From positions 467,710 through 531,709 of the forward strand of contig JAKAGM010000001.1 of assembly GCA_021815445.1 (NCBI GenBank): 64,000 nucleotides of DNA. Direction: 5' to 3'. Positions 27,957-37,518 of the stretch are shown in pieces. Each line of letters opens with the position of its first letter. Position 1 is the first letter of the stretch. This DNA is from a bacterium (GTDB lineage: Bacteria > Patescibacteriota > Patescibacteriia > UBA10025). The notes beneath the pieces are model-generated. The model was not told the origin of the DNA. It searched no databases and saw only the letters and a program-made list of their open reading frames with translations. The position numbers were made by a program, and so were the translations under genes.

Positions 27957-28006
27957 AATAAAAAAACTCCCGCCGCCCTGGACCGGTGGAGGGAGATATT
28001 CTTTTT
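27957..28006 (+). repeat. Copy A of a ~50-nt intergenic hairpin motif (ATAAAAAAACTCCC...GGGAGAT-TTnTTT).
   Basis: AATAAAAAAACTCCCGCCGCCCTGGACCGGTGGAGGGAGATATTCTTTTT. Compare copies at 31205-31256 and 45892-45923. Confidence 0.4.
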
Positions 28007-28189
28007 GAACGAACAACTACATTTTGGACCCCCGCCGCAAATTAACAACCTTCGGAGCGGGCTGTCTGCGACGTTTCTTTTTCTTCTTTTCCGCCAGTAA
28101 CTCGGCGGCGATACGATCCTCCGGCCCTGACCAGGTACGAGGAAGTCCCGGGTCCCCTCTCATGTGATACTCCTTCTACGCCGCGTGTT

Positions 28190-29296
28190 TTACGCGGCAA
28201 TGTCGAGGTCGAACAACATCTTCGCCGCCTGGAGATACCGGGCGGTGGTTTGCTTCACAATGTCGGGTGGAAGCTCGGGAGCCGGCGGTTTTTTGTTCCA
28301 GCCGATCCTCTCGAGGTAATCGCGGACAGGCTGCTTGTCGAAACTCACTTGCGGCCTTCCCGGCTTGTACGTAGCCTTCTGCCAGAAGCGTGAAGAATCC
28401 GACGTCACCACCTCATCCAGGAGTGTGAGGACGGTCTGGCCATTATCGTCAACTGTCAACCCGAACTCGAACTTCGTGTCGGCGACGATGATTCCCCGCT
28501 CTTCGGAATATTCCTGGGCAGCGGTATAGAGACCGAGCGAGGTGGACTCTATATCCTCGGCAAGTTCCCGGGCCGAATATGCATACTCAGGATGATCGCC
28601 CAACCATTGCGTCAAAATGTCCAGCATCTGCTGGTAGTTGATATTCTCGTCGTGCGCGCCGGCGACCGCCTTCGTGGAAGGAGTGAAGATGGGCCGAGGC
28701 AACTTTTCCGACTCCAATAAATCACGCGGAAGGGAGAATCCATGCACTGTGACCAATTCATCCACTTGCGATGCGATTGCCTCCAGGTACTCCTTCCAGT
28801 AGGATCCGGAGATGAAACCTCGCACGATGCACTCAAGCGGCAGGACATCGCACTGTCTCACGATTGCCGTACGTCCCTCCAGCTCTGCGCGGAACGGATG
28901 GAACTCCTCAGGGAGGTCTCCCACCTCAGTAGAAAGGAGGTGGTGCTGGAATCGATGACCGCCCGCCAACAGACTTTCGAAGAAGAGATAGAACAGCGGC
29001 ATCCAGGCCATGGACATGGCATGGAGGGCCTTCCCCTTTCCCGGGATTGCGTTCGGGAAAACAACATCGAAGGCGGACATGCGGTCGGTAGTGACGATAG
29101 CCAATCGATTACCCGGCAGGTAGAAAGTGTCTCGAACCTTCCCCTGTGTGCGGCGAAATCGGTCGGAGAGACCGAAGTGATCGGTGTTGATGAGAACAGA
29201 CATAATAGTCCTTTCTTTCGGATGAACTACAGGTTCGATGGGAGAGCTAGAGTAGATCAAGGTCACTACGCCGCGAGCTGGAGCCTGTTTTCCCAA
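28190..29296 (-). CDS. purC: Phosphoribosylaminoimidazole-succinocarboxamide (SAICAR) synthase, long form.
   Basis: Motif TDRMSAFDVV and overall SAICAR synthetase collinearity. Adjacent to purB. Confidence 0.8.
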   Translation of the reverse strand: MGKQAPARGVVTLIYSSSPIEPVVHPKERTIMSVLINTDHFGLSDRFRRTQGKVRDTFYLPGNRLAIVTTDRMSAFDVVFPNAIPGKGKALHAMSMAWMPLFYLFFESLLAGGHRFQHHLLSTEVGDLPEEFHPFRAELEGRTAIVRQCDVLPLECIVRGFISGSYWKEYLEAIASQVDELVTVHGFSLPRDLLESEKLPRPIFTPSTKAVAGAHDENINYQQMLDILTQWLGDHPEYAYSARELAEDIESTSLGLYTAAQEYSEERGIIVADTKFEFGLTVDDNGQTVLTLLDEVVTSDSSRFWQKATYKPGRPQVSFDKQPVRDYLERIGWNKKPPAPELPPDIVKQTTARYLQAAKMLFDLDIAA

Positions 29297-30765
29297 TGGT
29301 CTGCATTACGTTTGGTCCGCCACGAGGCTAGGCCGATGTAGAGTCTCGGTTGGCGCAAGACACGCAGTTGCTTCGGTGTCATTTTTGCGACAAATGGGGC
29401 AACTGACTCATCTGCCATCAATAGATCATACACTTTCGCACCCGACTCCGCAGCGCTATCGCATACATCAGCGACATACGCATATGCCGACGGGTAGCCA
29501 TAGTAGGTCAGTAGCGTATTGAGCGGGTCGGAAATGATCAGGTCACCCTTCAGTTCAAGATTCTTGAGCATTTGGGACTCATCCACCACGAGCGTAGCCA
29601 TGATGCGATTCAGCGTTTTAGCCGCAGTACAGACGAACTCCAAGATCTCAAAATGGAACCGCCCCGAGGCAGAATTCGTCAGGTCTCGCTGGTGCTCAGT
29701 GATAAGGTCAAGATACACCCCGATCATCCGGCCCAGCTCGGCCTTATTCATGCTCTTGACGTTTTCCACTGCGATCGGGTTGTTCTTGTGCGCCATGATC
29801 GACGACCGGCCTTGGAGCGCCTTTGCCTGTGCGACTTCAGAGATTTCCGTGGCCTGCAAACGGCGCAAACTGTCAGCCAGATCTCCAAAGATGCCCATAA
29901 TCATCGTTAAGCGGTGATAGACGTCAGCCATCGGTTCCGGCATATTCTTCTGATGGGAATACCGGCCGGGCTTTAAGCCGAGGTGACCCAAGAGCTGCTT
30001 TTCGAAACGCATTGGGTTATTCATGATGAGTGATGATGGGCCATAGGTACCGACCGGACCAGAGATTTTACCGACCAGCATGCCGACTTCCCGTTCAAGC
30101 TTTGCAATCTCGCCGGCAAGTCGGCAGACATACTCATCAATGGCATCACCGAATGTGATCGGTGAAGCTAACTGCAAATGCGTCCTGCCTGCCTGCACCG
30201 TGTCAGCGTACTGGCGCGCGATCCTGATGAAATGCCTCAGCAGTTTCTTCAATAGCGGAATAATCACTGTGATGATCGCATCGCGCATACGCGCGGCATC
30301 CGCAGTATCCAGCACATCGCAACTTGTGAGCATGAGATGCGGGTAACGTTGCGAGGTTTCGCTGATCGCAGATTTGATGAGCATCACGAGTGCCCGGACA
30401 TCATGACGAACCGCTTTAATTCGTCTTGGCACTCCGTACTCCAGACGGTAGACGTCCCGAGCCCGGAGTCCGACGCAAGCTTGGATAATTTCCTGCATAG
30501 ACCGACTGGGGCATTCACCTAGCTCAAAGAGCTGAATAGCCAGCGCCGCCTCGACCGCTCCTTCATAGAGGACTCGACCCTTCTCTGAGGTAAACGGGGC
30601 GAGCTCCTGGTTCACATACCGGTAGGAGAACGGGCTTGCTTGAGAGAAATCCCGTCGTCGGACGATCAACATAGTTTGCTCCAAAATCGACCACAGCCGC
30701 GGGTCATAGAACTGAAAATGCGGCGGCACCTCCGTGACTCGTTTTCGAGTCTTAGTACTGCTCAT
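29266..30765 (-). CDS. purB: Adenylosuccinate lyase (fumarate-lyase superfamily).
   Basis: Fumarate-lyase signature GRSSIMAHKNNPIAVE, motif GRTHLQLASPITFGD, and genomic context with purC. Confidence 0.85.
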   Translation of the reverse strand: MSSTKTRKRVTEVPPHFQFYDPRLWSILEQTMLIVRRRDFSQASPFSYRYVNQELAPFTSEKGRVLYEGAVEAALAIQLFELGECPSRSMQEIIQACVGLRARDVYRLEYGVPRRIKAVRHDVRALVMLIKSAISETSQRYPHLMLTSCDVLDTADAARMRDAIITVIIPLLKKLLRHFIRIARQYADTVQAGRTHLQLASPITFGDAIDEYVCRLAGEIAKLEREVGMLVGKISGPVGTYGPSSLIMNNPMRFEKQLLGHLGLKPGRYSHQKNMPEPMADVYHRLTMIMGIFGDLADSLRRLQATEISEVAQAKALQGRSSIMAHKNNPIAVENVKSMNKAELGRMIGVYLDLITEHQRDLTNSASGRFHFEILEFVCTAAKTLNRIMATLVVDESQMLKNLELKGDLIISDPLNTLLTYYGYPSAYAYVADVCDSAAESGAKVYDLLMADESVAPFVAKMTPKQLRVLRQPRLYIGLASWRTKRNADHWENRLQLAA

Positions 30766-31204
30766 GTGCTACTCCTTTCCCTTCTGTATCTGTTCACTTG
30801 CGTTGTTAACGTCCATTTTTTGAACTAAAAACAACCAAAACACCAAGGATTTACCTTACCAAAACGCATCTCTATAGTCAATCTGAATCCTCCCTTTACA
30901 TGCCTTCAATCCCATGTTACCATTCTACAAAATGAAATAGGGGTCATTCGTTTTCGTTTCTCGAAACCAGGAGGAGTCAGATGAGTAGGCATGACAGAGA
31001 TCACGTCTGCAAAGCACATTCCTCGGCAGGGGGTGGAAGGGTAAAATGCCTGTGCGGTCGAATATGGCAAGACCCCCCAACTGCGGAGATCCTGGCAACA
31101 GGAAGTCCCGCCCAACGCCGCGAAGCTCAGAAACGCAGGCGGCCATAACTCTGCCGCCCGCGATGCTGTTCTCCCGGACCTTTATGGCTCCGGTTTTTTA
31201 TACG

Positions 31205-31256
31205 TATAAAAAAACTCCCTCCCACTTTGGTAGAGTGAGGGGAGATCTTGCTTTCG
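31205..31256 (+). repeat. Copy B of the ~50-nt hairpin motif (ATAAAAAAACTCCC...GGGAGAT-TTnTTT).
   Basis: TATAAAAAAACTCCCTCCCACTTTGGTAGAGTGAGGGGAGATCTTGCTTTC, within the 690-bp untranslated gap between the purA-like gene and purB. Confidence 0.4.
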
Positions 31257-31452
31257 CACATGTGCTACTTTTTGCGACCTTTTGCCAAGAAGGGCCAGAA
31301 GAAACGCTGCGGCCCCCATTCAGCATTTGCAGGATCGGAGCTTGGAATAGGATGGGGTGTCCTTTCGCCCGGAGCAGTGCGCCGAACGGGCTGTAACGGA
31401 CGATCACCTAGGAACTTTGTATGCTTCGGCATGTGACCCTCCGTGATCATGA

Positions 31453-32970
31453 TCATGCAACAGAACGAAGGACTTTACCGTCGAGCCCAGCGGAAGTCGA
31501 AATGATACCCACTGGAACACCTGCATAGCGCTCGTAGGTCCTGATGAGCTGGTGGACGCACCCGGGTAAATCCCTTTCCGAGTTGATCCCGCGAATGTCA
31601 GTGTCCTCCAAATCAATCCGGACACAAACCTCTTGCACATCGACACCGTCCAGCTCCTCGGTCATGGGGTACGTGGGCGGCTCGACGAGCTCGCCATCAA
31701 TCTTGTAACCAGTCGCTATTGGCAAGTTGATGTTGAGACCCGACAGACCGTCAACCTGCGTTAGAGCTATGCAATCGGCTCCGTTAACCATGGCCGCGCA
31801 TCGCGTCATATACAGATCGGGGCCTCCGACTTCACGCCCACGCATGGTAGTCGAACCGCGGTTGTTGAAAAGGACTTCGAAGTGCTCGGCCCAATCCTGC
31901 TTTGTGGCGGAACCAGCATTGATGAGATCTCGCTTTGCCTGCAAGAATGCTTCCTGCGCATTCTGATTGAATTGCGGAAGTCCCGGGAACAGCTCAGGCC
32001 GCAATTCGGGAAACACCTCGGCATCGTGGCGATTCCACCAGCCCGTCGGAAACGGCCCCTCACCAACCCGTGTTAGGAACAACTTCGAGATGAGGATAAC
32101 AGGGCCGAAGAGATGCATCGGAAGACCACCACAGTATGCCGCTGCCTGCGCGATTGACTGGGTCGCGGAATTGAACGGATACGTCCCGCGAACGTGCAGA
32201 CCATATCCTTGGGTCATACCAAAGAGTACGGGGACGTTTCTGCGCATCAGGTCGTGCAACACCGGATCGATGTTGGTGATGTACGGACGAAGAAAGTCTG
32301 CGTCCGCCAGCAGTCGTTCGACCTCGTTGTCAGGGCTCATATCAGCGAGTGAAAATTCTTTCTCAGTCCCTTTCATTCTGAGCTCGAACTCTTTCAACAT
32401 CGGGAAGAACGCGTCGTAGAACCCTTTGACCCACTTCCGGAGAAGATCTGCGTCGAGGAGATGTCCGGTGAGCGGACCTACGCGCAGATCGATCCCCGCG
32501 ATCATTGGTGAGATACCTCGACCGGTAGTGCCTACCGCCGCACTGCCCTTCACGAGTTCAAGCAAGCCCTCGAGCAGCGAGTGGTAGCGAAGAAAGATTG
32601 GCGCCCTCTTGGAGACCAGAAGTGGCGCTTTCAGATCGCCAACAATGGCGATGAGATCGCGAAGCTCGCGAACCAACCGCGCTACCTCGACCAGCACCGC
32701 ATCACCGATGATCCCCATTTTTCCATCGGCAAGTAATGTCGGGACAAGATGGAAAATGAACGGGTAGAGTTGTCCATCGGCGCCCCTGATGTGCCGTGTA
32801 CGGCCAGTATTCGCACCTCCTTGTACACGGGCTGAGACATCAAAGTAAGGGCCCAAGACCGCCTCGATGCCGCCTTTACCGCTGTCCCCCCAGGCATCAC
32901 CGACTTCGATAGTCGATCGACGTCCGCCTTTTTTGTACCACAACTGTTCTAAAAACACATCGGGTTGCAT
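31453..32970 (-). CDS. Divergent adenylosuccinate synthetase homolog (505 aa).
   Basis: Collinear AdSS motifs GDAWGDSGKGG (cf. QWGDEGKGK), QGGANTGRT (cf. GGHNAGHT), GTTGRGISP, TRVGEGPFPT, and a C-terminal ...ALTQVDGLSGL block. It is ~70 aa longer than canonical PurA and has substitutions in the GTP/IMP-binding loops. Confidence 0.65.
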   Translation of the reverse strand: MQPDVFLEQLWYKKGGRRSTIEVGDAWGDSGKGGIEAVLGPYFDVSARVQGGANTGRTRHIRGADGQLYPFIFHLVPTLLADGKMGIIGDAVLVEVARLVRELRDLIAIVGDLKAPLLVSKRAPIFLRYHSLLEGLLELVKGSAAVGTTGRGISPMIAGIDLRVGPLTGHLLDADLLRKWVKGFYDAFFPMLKEFELRMKGTEKEFSLADMSPDNEVERLLADADFLRPYITNIDPVLHDLMRRNVPVLFGMTQGYGLHVRGTYPFNSATQSIAQAAAYCGGLPMHLFGPVILISKLFLTRVGEGPFPTGWWNRHDAEVFPELRPELFPGLPQFNQNAQEAFLQAKRDLINAGSATKQDWAEHFEVLFNNRGSTTMRGREVGGPDLYMTRCAAMVNGADCIALTQVDGLSGLNINLPIATGYKIDGELVEPPTYPMTEELDGVDVQEVCVRIDLEDTDIRGINSERDLPGCVHQLIRTYERYAGVPVGIISTSAGLDGKVLRSVA

Positions 32971-33130
32971 TCCGACTCTCCTTCCTATTGTTTACGGCAG
33001 TTAACGTTCTTTCTTTGTTTTGGTCATTTACTTTATCACTCCCTCATGTCCCTTGTAAAGCAAAGGGAGGTTGAAAAATAGCTTAAAATAGTTTATACTA
33101 CCGTCATTATTAATCACTCATCCACACCTT

Positions 33131-33601
33131 ATGAAAAAGTCACCCGCGATGATAATCATTCTCATTTTAGCCCTCGCAGGACTCCTCCTGTCGGGCTATC
33201 TGTCATACCTTAACCTTTGGGGCGCCGGATGCTCGAAGTTTTTCATAAGCTGCGGAGGCAGCAAGGCGGTGCACATTTTCGGTCAGCCGACATGCGTCTA
33301 TGGGTTCTTTATGTACTTGGCAGTGTTCATCCTCGCCATCGTCGCCTTGTTCAAAGAGAGCGCCCGCAGCGTGATGAAGACCCTGCTTGGTTTCGCAATC
33401 CTCGGCACGGCATTCTCCGGCTTTCTCACCTTCTACGAACTTGTCGTGCTTAAGATAGAGTTCAGCGGCCTCCCCGCCTGCGCATATGGGCTGATTCTCT
33501 ATGTCGGGATATTGATTGTCGCAATGCTCGCCCTCAAGCAAAAAAACGAGATCGTGCCTCAGCAGACTCCTCCGCAGATGCCCCAAACACCTCAGCAATA
33601 A
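33131..33601 (+). CDS. Small polytopic membrane protein with conserved cysteines; possible VKOR-like thiol oxidoreductase fold.
   Basis: Four TM helices, a Cys-containing loop GCSKFFISCGG...GQPTC, and a Gln/Pro-rich tail. Confidence 0.4.
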   Translation: MKKSPAMIIILILALAGLLLSGYLSYLNLWGAGCSKFFISCGGSKAVHIFGQPTCVYGFFMYLAVFILAIVALFKESARSVMKTLLGFAILGTAFSGFLTFYELVVLKIEFSGLPACAYGLILYVGILIVAMLALKQKNEIVPQQTPPQMPQTPQQ

Positions 33602-33623
33602 CAACTATCAACACGTAAACATC

Positions 33624-33656
33624 GGGGGGCAGACTGATCAGTCTGCCCTCCTTTTG
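33624..33656. terminator. Perfect 22-bp palindrome (GGGCAGACTGATCAGTCTGCCC) between convergent genes, followed by a T-run; a bidirectional terminator.
   Basis: Read directly at 33627-33648, flanked by TCCTTTTG. Confidence 0.6.
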
Positions 33657-33659
33657 ATA

Positions 33660-33965
33660 CTATTCAATCCCCAGTGCCGCCTTTGCTTCAGCGGACATCT
33701 TATCCGGCGTCCATGGCGGATCGAATGTCAGGTCAACTTTCACCTCGCCGACTCCGGCGACGGCTTTGAGTTTCGATGTAATGTCATGAAGGAAAAAATC
33801 TATGAGCGGGCATCCCGGCGTCGTCAGGGTAATGCGCACGCTGATATTTTTCCCGTCGGTAATTTCAATGCCGTAGACGAGTCCGAGCGAAACAACATCG
33901 ATCCTGAGTTCAGGATCGAGCACTGTTGAGAGGGCATTGAGGACGTCTTTTTTGCTTACGGGCAT
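33660..33965 (-). CDS. DUF59/MIP18-family Fe-S cluster assembly domain protein (SufT/PaaD-like).
   Basis: VLDPELRIDVVSLGLVYGIEI...ITLTTPGCPLIDF is typical of the PF01883 family. Confidence 0.7.
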   Translation of the reverse strand: MPVSKKDVLNALSTVLDPELRIDVVSLGLVYGIEITDGKNISVRITLTTPGCPLIDFFLHDITSKLKAVAGVGEVKVDLTFDPPWTPDKMSAEAKAALGIE

Positions 33966-33973
33966 GAAAGAAG

Positions 33974-34468
33974 TCAGCGCAAAATATGTAAGCGGAGGTA
34001 GAACGCCAGAAGCACAACATAATTAGCTATCATATACCATTTGGCTTCCCAGTTATAGCCGTCGAACTTGTACGAAGAAAGCGGCCAGAGAAAGGGTGTA
34101 GGAAAAAATTTTCTTGAATGGGTGGGGATGTCAACAATGATATGTAAAAGCCACCCGAACGCTGCCCATGGCACCGAGCCCATGATTGCCCATGCTATGG
34201 AGAAGCCGATAATCCATAACGGAATGCTGTGGGTGACGTCATATATCCTGTACACCCAAGGCGGGACCCTATTTGCCATATTCTCGACAGTATCCTCGCT
34301 GACCTTGAACCACATTTTGTAATTATTTGTAATAACCGAATAGACGGCGTTCGGGACGAACGCAATAAGATCCGGAGCGAGGCTCAGTGCGATACCGACT
34401 GTCCGGGTCGTCGGAGGAGCATTCTTAAAAATAAGGGTAGCCCAAAGTCCGTGTGCGAGTATGTCCAT
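33974..34468 (-). CDS. Membrane-bound metal-dependent hydrolase family protein (DUF457/YdjM-like).
   Basis: MDILAHGLW N-terminus, LAPDLIAF, HIIVDIPTHS and FLWPLS motifs, in a small multi-TM protein. Confidence 0.5.
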   Translation of the reverse strand: MDILAHGLWATLIFKNAPPTTRTVGIALSLAPDLIAFVPNAVYSVITNNYKMWFKVSEDTVENMANRVPPWVYRIYDVTHSIPLWIIGFSIAWAIMGSVPWAAFGWLLHIIVDIPTHSRKFFPTPFLWPLSSYKFDGYNWEAKWYMIANYVVLLAFYLRLHILR

Positions 34469-34477
34469 AAAGCTAGT

Positions 34478-35290
34478 CTAGCGCACCAGGCGGGGTTGGG
34501 CAACTCTCCTCGTCCGGCGGAAAGTTGCAGCCAATATTATCAAACTCAAAACGTATGTCCCAATTTCGAGAGTAGAAGGTGCGGCGCTATACCCGAACAA
34601 GGACCTGAGCATACCTCCTCCAAACCCGGTTTCCGGGAGAACAAACGAAATATTATACGCATGGGAGGTGAAAAAGGTGATGATTCCCGCATCCTGCAGT
34701 TCACGGGCTCCCCGGGCAAATAATCCTGCCGCGCAAAGAATTAGGACAAATGTGCTGATGCGAAAAAAAACACGGAGAGATATTTTTTCCCATGCGGTAA
34801 AGAAACCTATCGCGATAATTCCCGCCCCGCCGAAACCGAGCAACGCGCTCGCGACGCTGTTGCTCTCAGCCAGCTTGGTTGCCGCAAGGAGAAAAAATGA
34901 AGTTTCGACGCCTTCACGAAAAACTGAAAAAAGAATTAATAAGAATATCCCGAGTAAAAACCCGCGTTCGATATGCTGCTCAATCCGCTGTTCAATCTTC
35001 TGGGCATGATGCCGCTGGCGGCGCATCCAATACAGCATCGTCGTCAGGAGAACCGCAGCGCCCATCATCGCGCTACTTTCAAAAATCTTTTCCGAATTGT
35101 CCTTGAGACTGTCCGCGATCGAAAAGAGCGCGACACCGACCATAGCAGAAAGAATCACGCCTATCACAGCACCCCACCATACATAGCGCAGGCACTGGAA
35201 CTGCCGTGTACGGAGCAGGTAACTGGCTACAATGCCGATAACCAGGCCCGCTTCAAGCGTTTCTCGGAATGTGATGAAAAAATCCGCCAT
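34478..35290 (-). CDS. High-affinity iron permease, FTR1/EfeU family.
   Basis: Two RExxE motifs (FRETLEAG, FREGVETS) in a 7-TM protein. Confidence 0.75.
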   Translation of the reverse strand: MADFFITFRETLEAGLVIGIVASYLLRTRQFQCLRYVWWGAVIGVILSAMVGVALFSIADSLKDNSEKIFESSAMMGAAVLLTTMLYWMRRQRHHAQKIEQRIEQHIERGFLLGIFLLILFSVFREGVETSFFLLAATKLAESNSVASALLGFGGAGIIAIGFFTAWEKISLRVFFRISTFVLILCAAGLFARGARELQDAGIITFFTSHAYNISFVLPETGFGGGMLRSLFGYSAAPSTLEIGTYVLSLIILAATFRRTRRVAQPRLVR

Positions 35291-35633
35291 GTGGATAACT
35301 ACTCTTAATGAGAATCATTCCCATTTTAACATATCCACATGTTTGGGACAATGAACTACCGCCAGCTCACGCCGGTGGTTTCTGTCTTGCCGTCTTGAAA
35401 ACGGCTGGTTTAAAAAACACCAGGCAAGGATTTTCCCATCGCACGGCGCACTGTCTGACCCCGTCAGTCGCGACTGACGGGGGAGTTTGCGCCATGCTGT
35501 CCTTTCTTTTCTCTCCACTTTTCTTTGGACAAGCAAAGAAAAGTGGAGCCCGCCCGGAGGGCATCTCTATTACAACTCTGATTAAAAATTCGGGAAACTC
35601 TAATTTACGACGTACCGTGCAAATAGCCCCCCG

Positions 35634-37463
35634 CTACTCCCACTCAATAGTTCCAGGCGGTTTGTTCGTGAGATCGTAAAACACAAAAGAGATATCTTTT
35701 GCCATGCAAACTTTCACTATGTCCCTCAGCACTTTGTCCGGCAGACGGTAATAACGGACAGTCATTGCCTCGCGCGACGCCACGGGACGCAAAACAATGC
35801 TCTCGCCGTCCCCTACTCCATAGGGCAGGAGAACAACGGGAAATTGCCAGATGTCGGCGAGCCCGGCTTTGTCGATAATCCGCGAAACAGCATCATCAAT
35901 TTTTTGTAAACGCTTGACGCGTTTCTCGTTGACATATGCTTCGTGCAGGGAAGCTCTTTGAAGATCCTTGCTGTCGCCGCCGACAAGCAGTACTACCCTG
36001 TTGATGCTCGAAAGTTTGTTCGTCAGCATCGGAGAAAGACGACCGACTCCGTCAATATTCCGGGTGCCGTATACGACGGCCGGATGACGGTAGCTGCGCT
36101 GGTCTCCTTGCACCCCGACGCTTCGCACCGGCAGAAGGTCAACCCGTGCTTCGTCCAAACCCGCTTCTGCCGTGAGGGATGAAAAAACTGCCCGCACCTC
36201 TTTCCTGTCTTCAGGAGAAACGTTCACACCGTCTTTTTTTGGACTGCAAAGGATGCGAATGCCCAAACCAGGTCCCGGAAACGGGTGGCGCCATACCAGG
36301 TCGCGCGGGATACCAAGACGCTCCCCCATCTCCCGAACTTCGTCTTTATACAAATCTTTGAGCGGCTCTACGACCTCGCCGCGCTCTACAAGCTCCTGGA
36401 GTTCGGGAACCCTATTATGATGCGTCTTGATAACGTCTGCATGCTGAGTCCTGCCCGTTTCAATAGTATCTGGATAAATCGTCCCCTGGCCGAGCAACCA
36501 GCTATTGGGGTCGAGATTGAACTTTCGCATTGCACGCTCTTTCACTTCGAGGAATGTGGATCCTATCCTCTTCCGCTTTTCTTCCGGATCAGCGACGCCT
36601 TTGAGGATATGGAGAAATGTTATGCGCTCATCCACTACATTCAAGTTGCCAAAACCGGATTTGAAAAGCATTTTTTGAACTTTCGCTGATTCTTGATAGC
36701 GCATAAGTCCGCTGTCTACGTGCAGCCCCAGGACCCGGTCTTTGCCGAGTACCCGCTCGAGGAGGGCGAAACAGACAGTGGAGTCCACGCCGCCGCTCAC
36801 GAGGAGAAATACGTTTTTACCACCCACCTGCCGTCTTATCTGATCTTCAATCTCGCGAACGACAGCTTCACCCGTCCAATCCTGCCGCGCGTTGCATATG
36901 CCTATCACGAAATTCCTCAGCATAGTCATCCCCTGCTCGGAGTGCGTTACCTCAGGATGAAACTGGAATCCGTAGAGACGTCGCTTCTCGTCAGCCATTG
37001 CCGCGACGGGGCAATGATCAGTTTCGCCTACGACAGTAAATCCTGCGCCGACTTGAGTGACGCTGTCCCCGTGGCTCATCCATACGTCCCGCCGGTCATC
37101 AACATGGGAAAAAATCCGCGAAGGATATATGCGAAGCTTCGCGGTACCGTACTCCCTCGTGGCACCGGGTCGAACAGTCCCGCCGAGCGCATGCGCCATA
37201 AGCTGGTGGCCGTAACAAAGGCCAAGCACCGGCAGGCCGAGCGTGAATATTTTTTTATCAAAAGCAATCTTTTCCTCGAGGACGCTCTGAGGGCCGCCGG
37301 ACAGCACAATACCCACGGCTGAGCGCAGCTGCTTGGCGGGCGTATCTGCCGGATAAATCCTGGACAGCACCGACAGCTCGCGTATTCTGCGTGCAATCAG
37401 ATGCGTATATTGGGACCCAAAATCAAGTATGGCAATCTCCTGATGGTGGCTGGGGTTTGACAT
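35634..37463 (-). CDS. guaA: GMP synthase (glutamine-hydrolysing).
   Basis: GATase domain (ILDFGSQYTHLIARRIRELSV, LGLCYGHQL), PP-loop LLVSGGVDSTV, and C-terminal ...GTIEWE. Confidence 0.95.
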   Translation of the reverse strand: MSNPSHHQEIAILDFGSQYTHLIARRIRELSVLSRIYPADTPAKQLRSAVGIVLSGGPQSVLEEKIAFDKKIFTLGLPVLGLCYGHQLMAHALGGTVRPGATREYGTAKLRIYPSRIFSHVDDRRDVWMSHGDSVTQVGAGFTVVGETDHCPVAAMADEKRRLYGFQFHPEVTHSEQGMTMLRNFVIGICNARQDWTGEAVVREIEDQIRRQVGGKNVFLLVSGGVDSTVCFALLERVLGKDRVLGLHVDSGLMRYQESAKVQKMLFKSGFGNLNVVDERITFLHILKGVADPEEKRKRIGSTFLEVKERAMRKFNLDPNSWLLGQGTIYPDTIETGRTQHADVIKTHHNRVPELQELVERGEVVEPLKDLYKDEVREMGERLGIPRDLVWRHPFPGPGLGIRILCSPKKDGVNVSPEDRKEVRAVFSSLTAEAGLDEARVDLLPVRSVGVQGDQRSYRHPAVVYGTRNIDGVGRLSPMLTNKLSSINRVVLLVGGDSKDLQRASLHEAYVNEKRVKRLQKIDDAVSRIIDKAGLADIWQFPVVLLPYGVGDGESIVLRPVASREAMTVRYYRLPDKVLRDIVKVCMAKDISFVFYDLTNKPPGTIEWE

Positions 37464-37518
37464 ATTGCCCTTCTACTGTATCATAAAGAGTACTTTAGTG
37501 AATACTTCTCGTGGAAAT

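Noticed and set aside
37465-37518. Upstream start of guaB at 37465
   Set aside because: It would place the start 2 nt from the divergent guaA start. The IMPDH N-terminus conventionally begins near TFDDVLL, and the ATG at 37519 fits.
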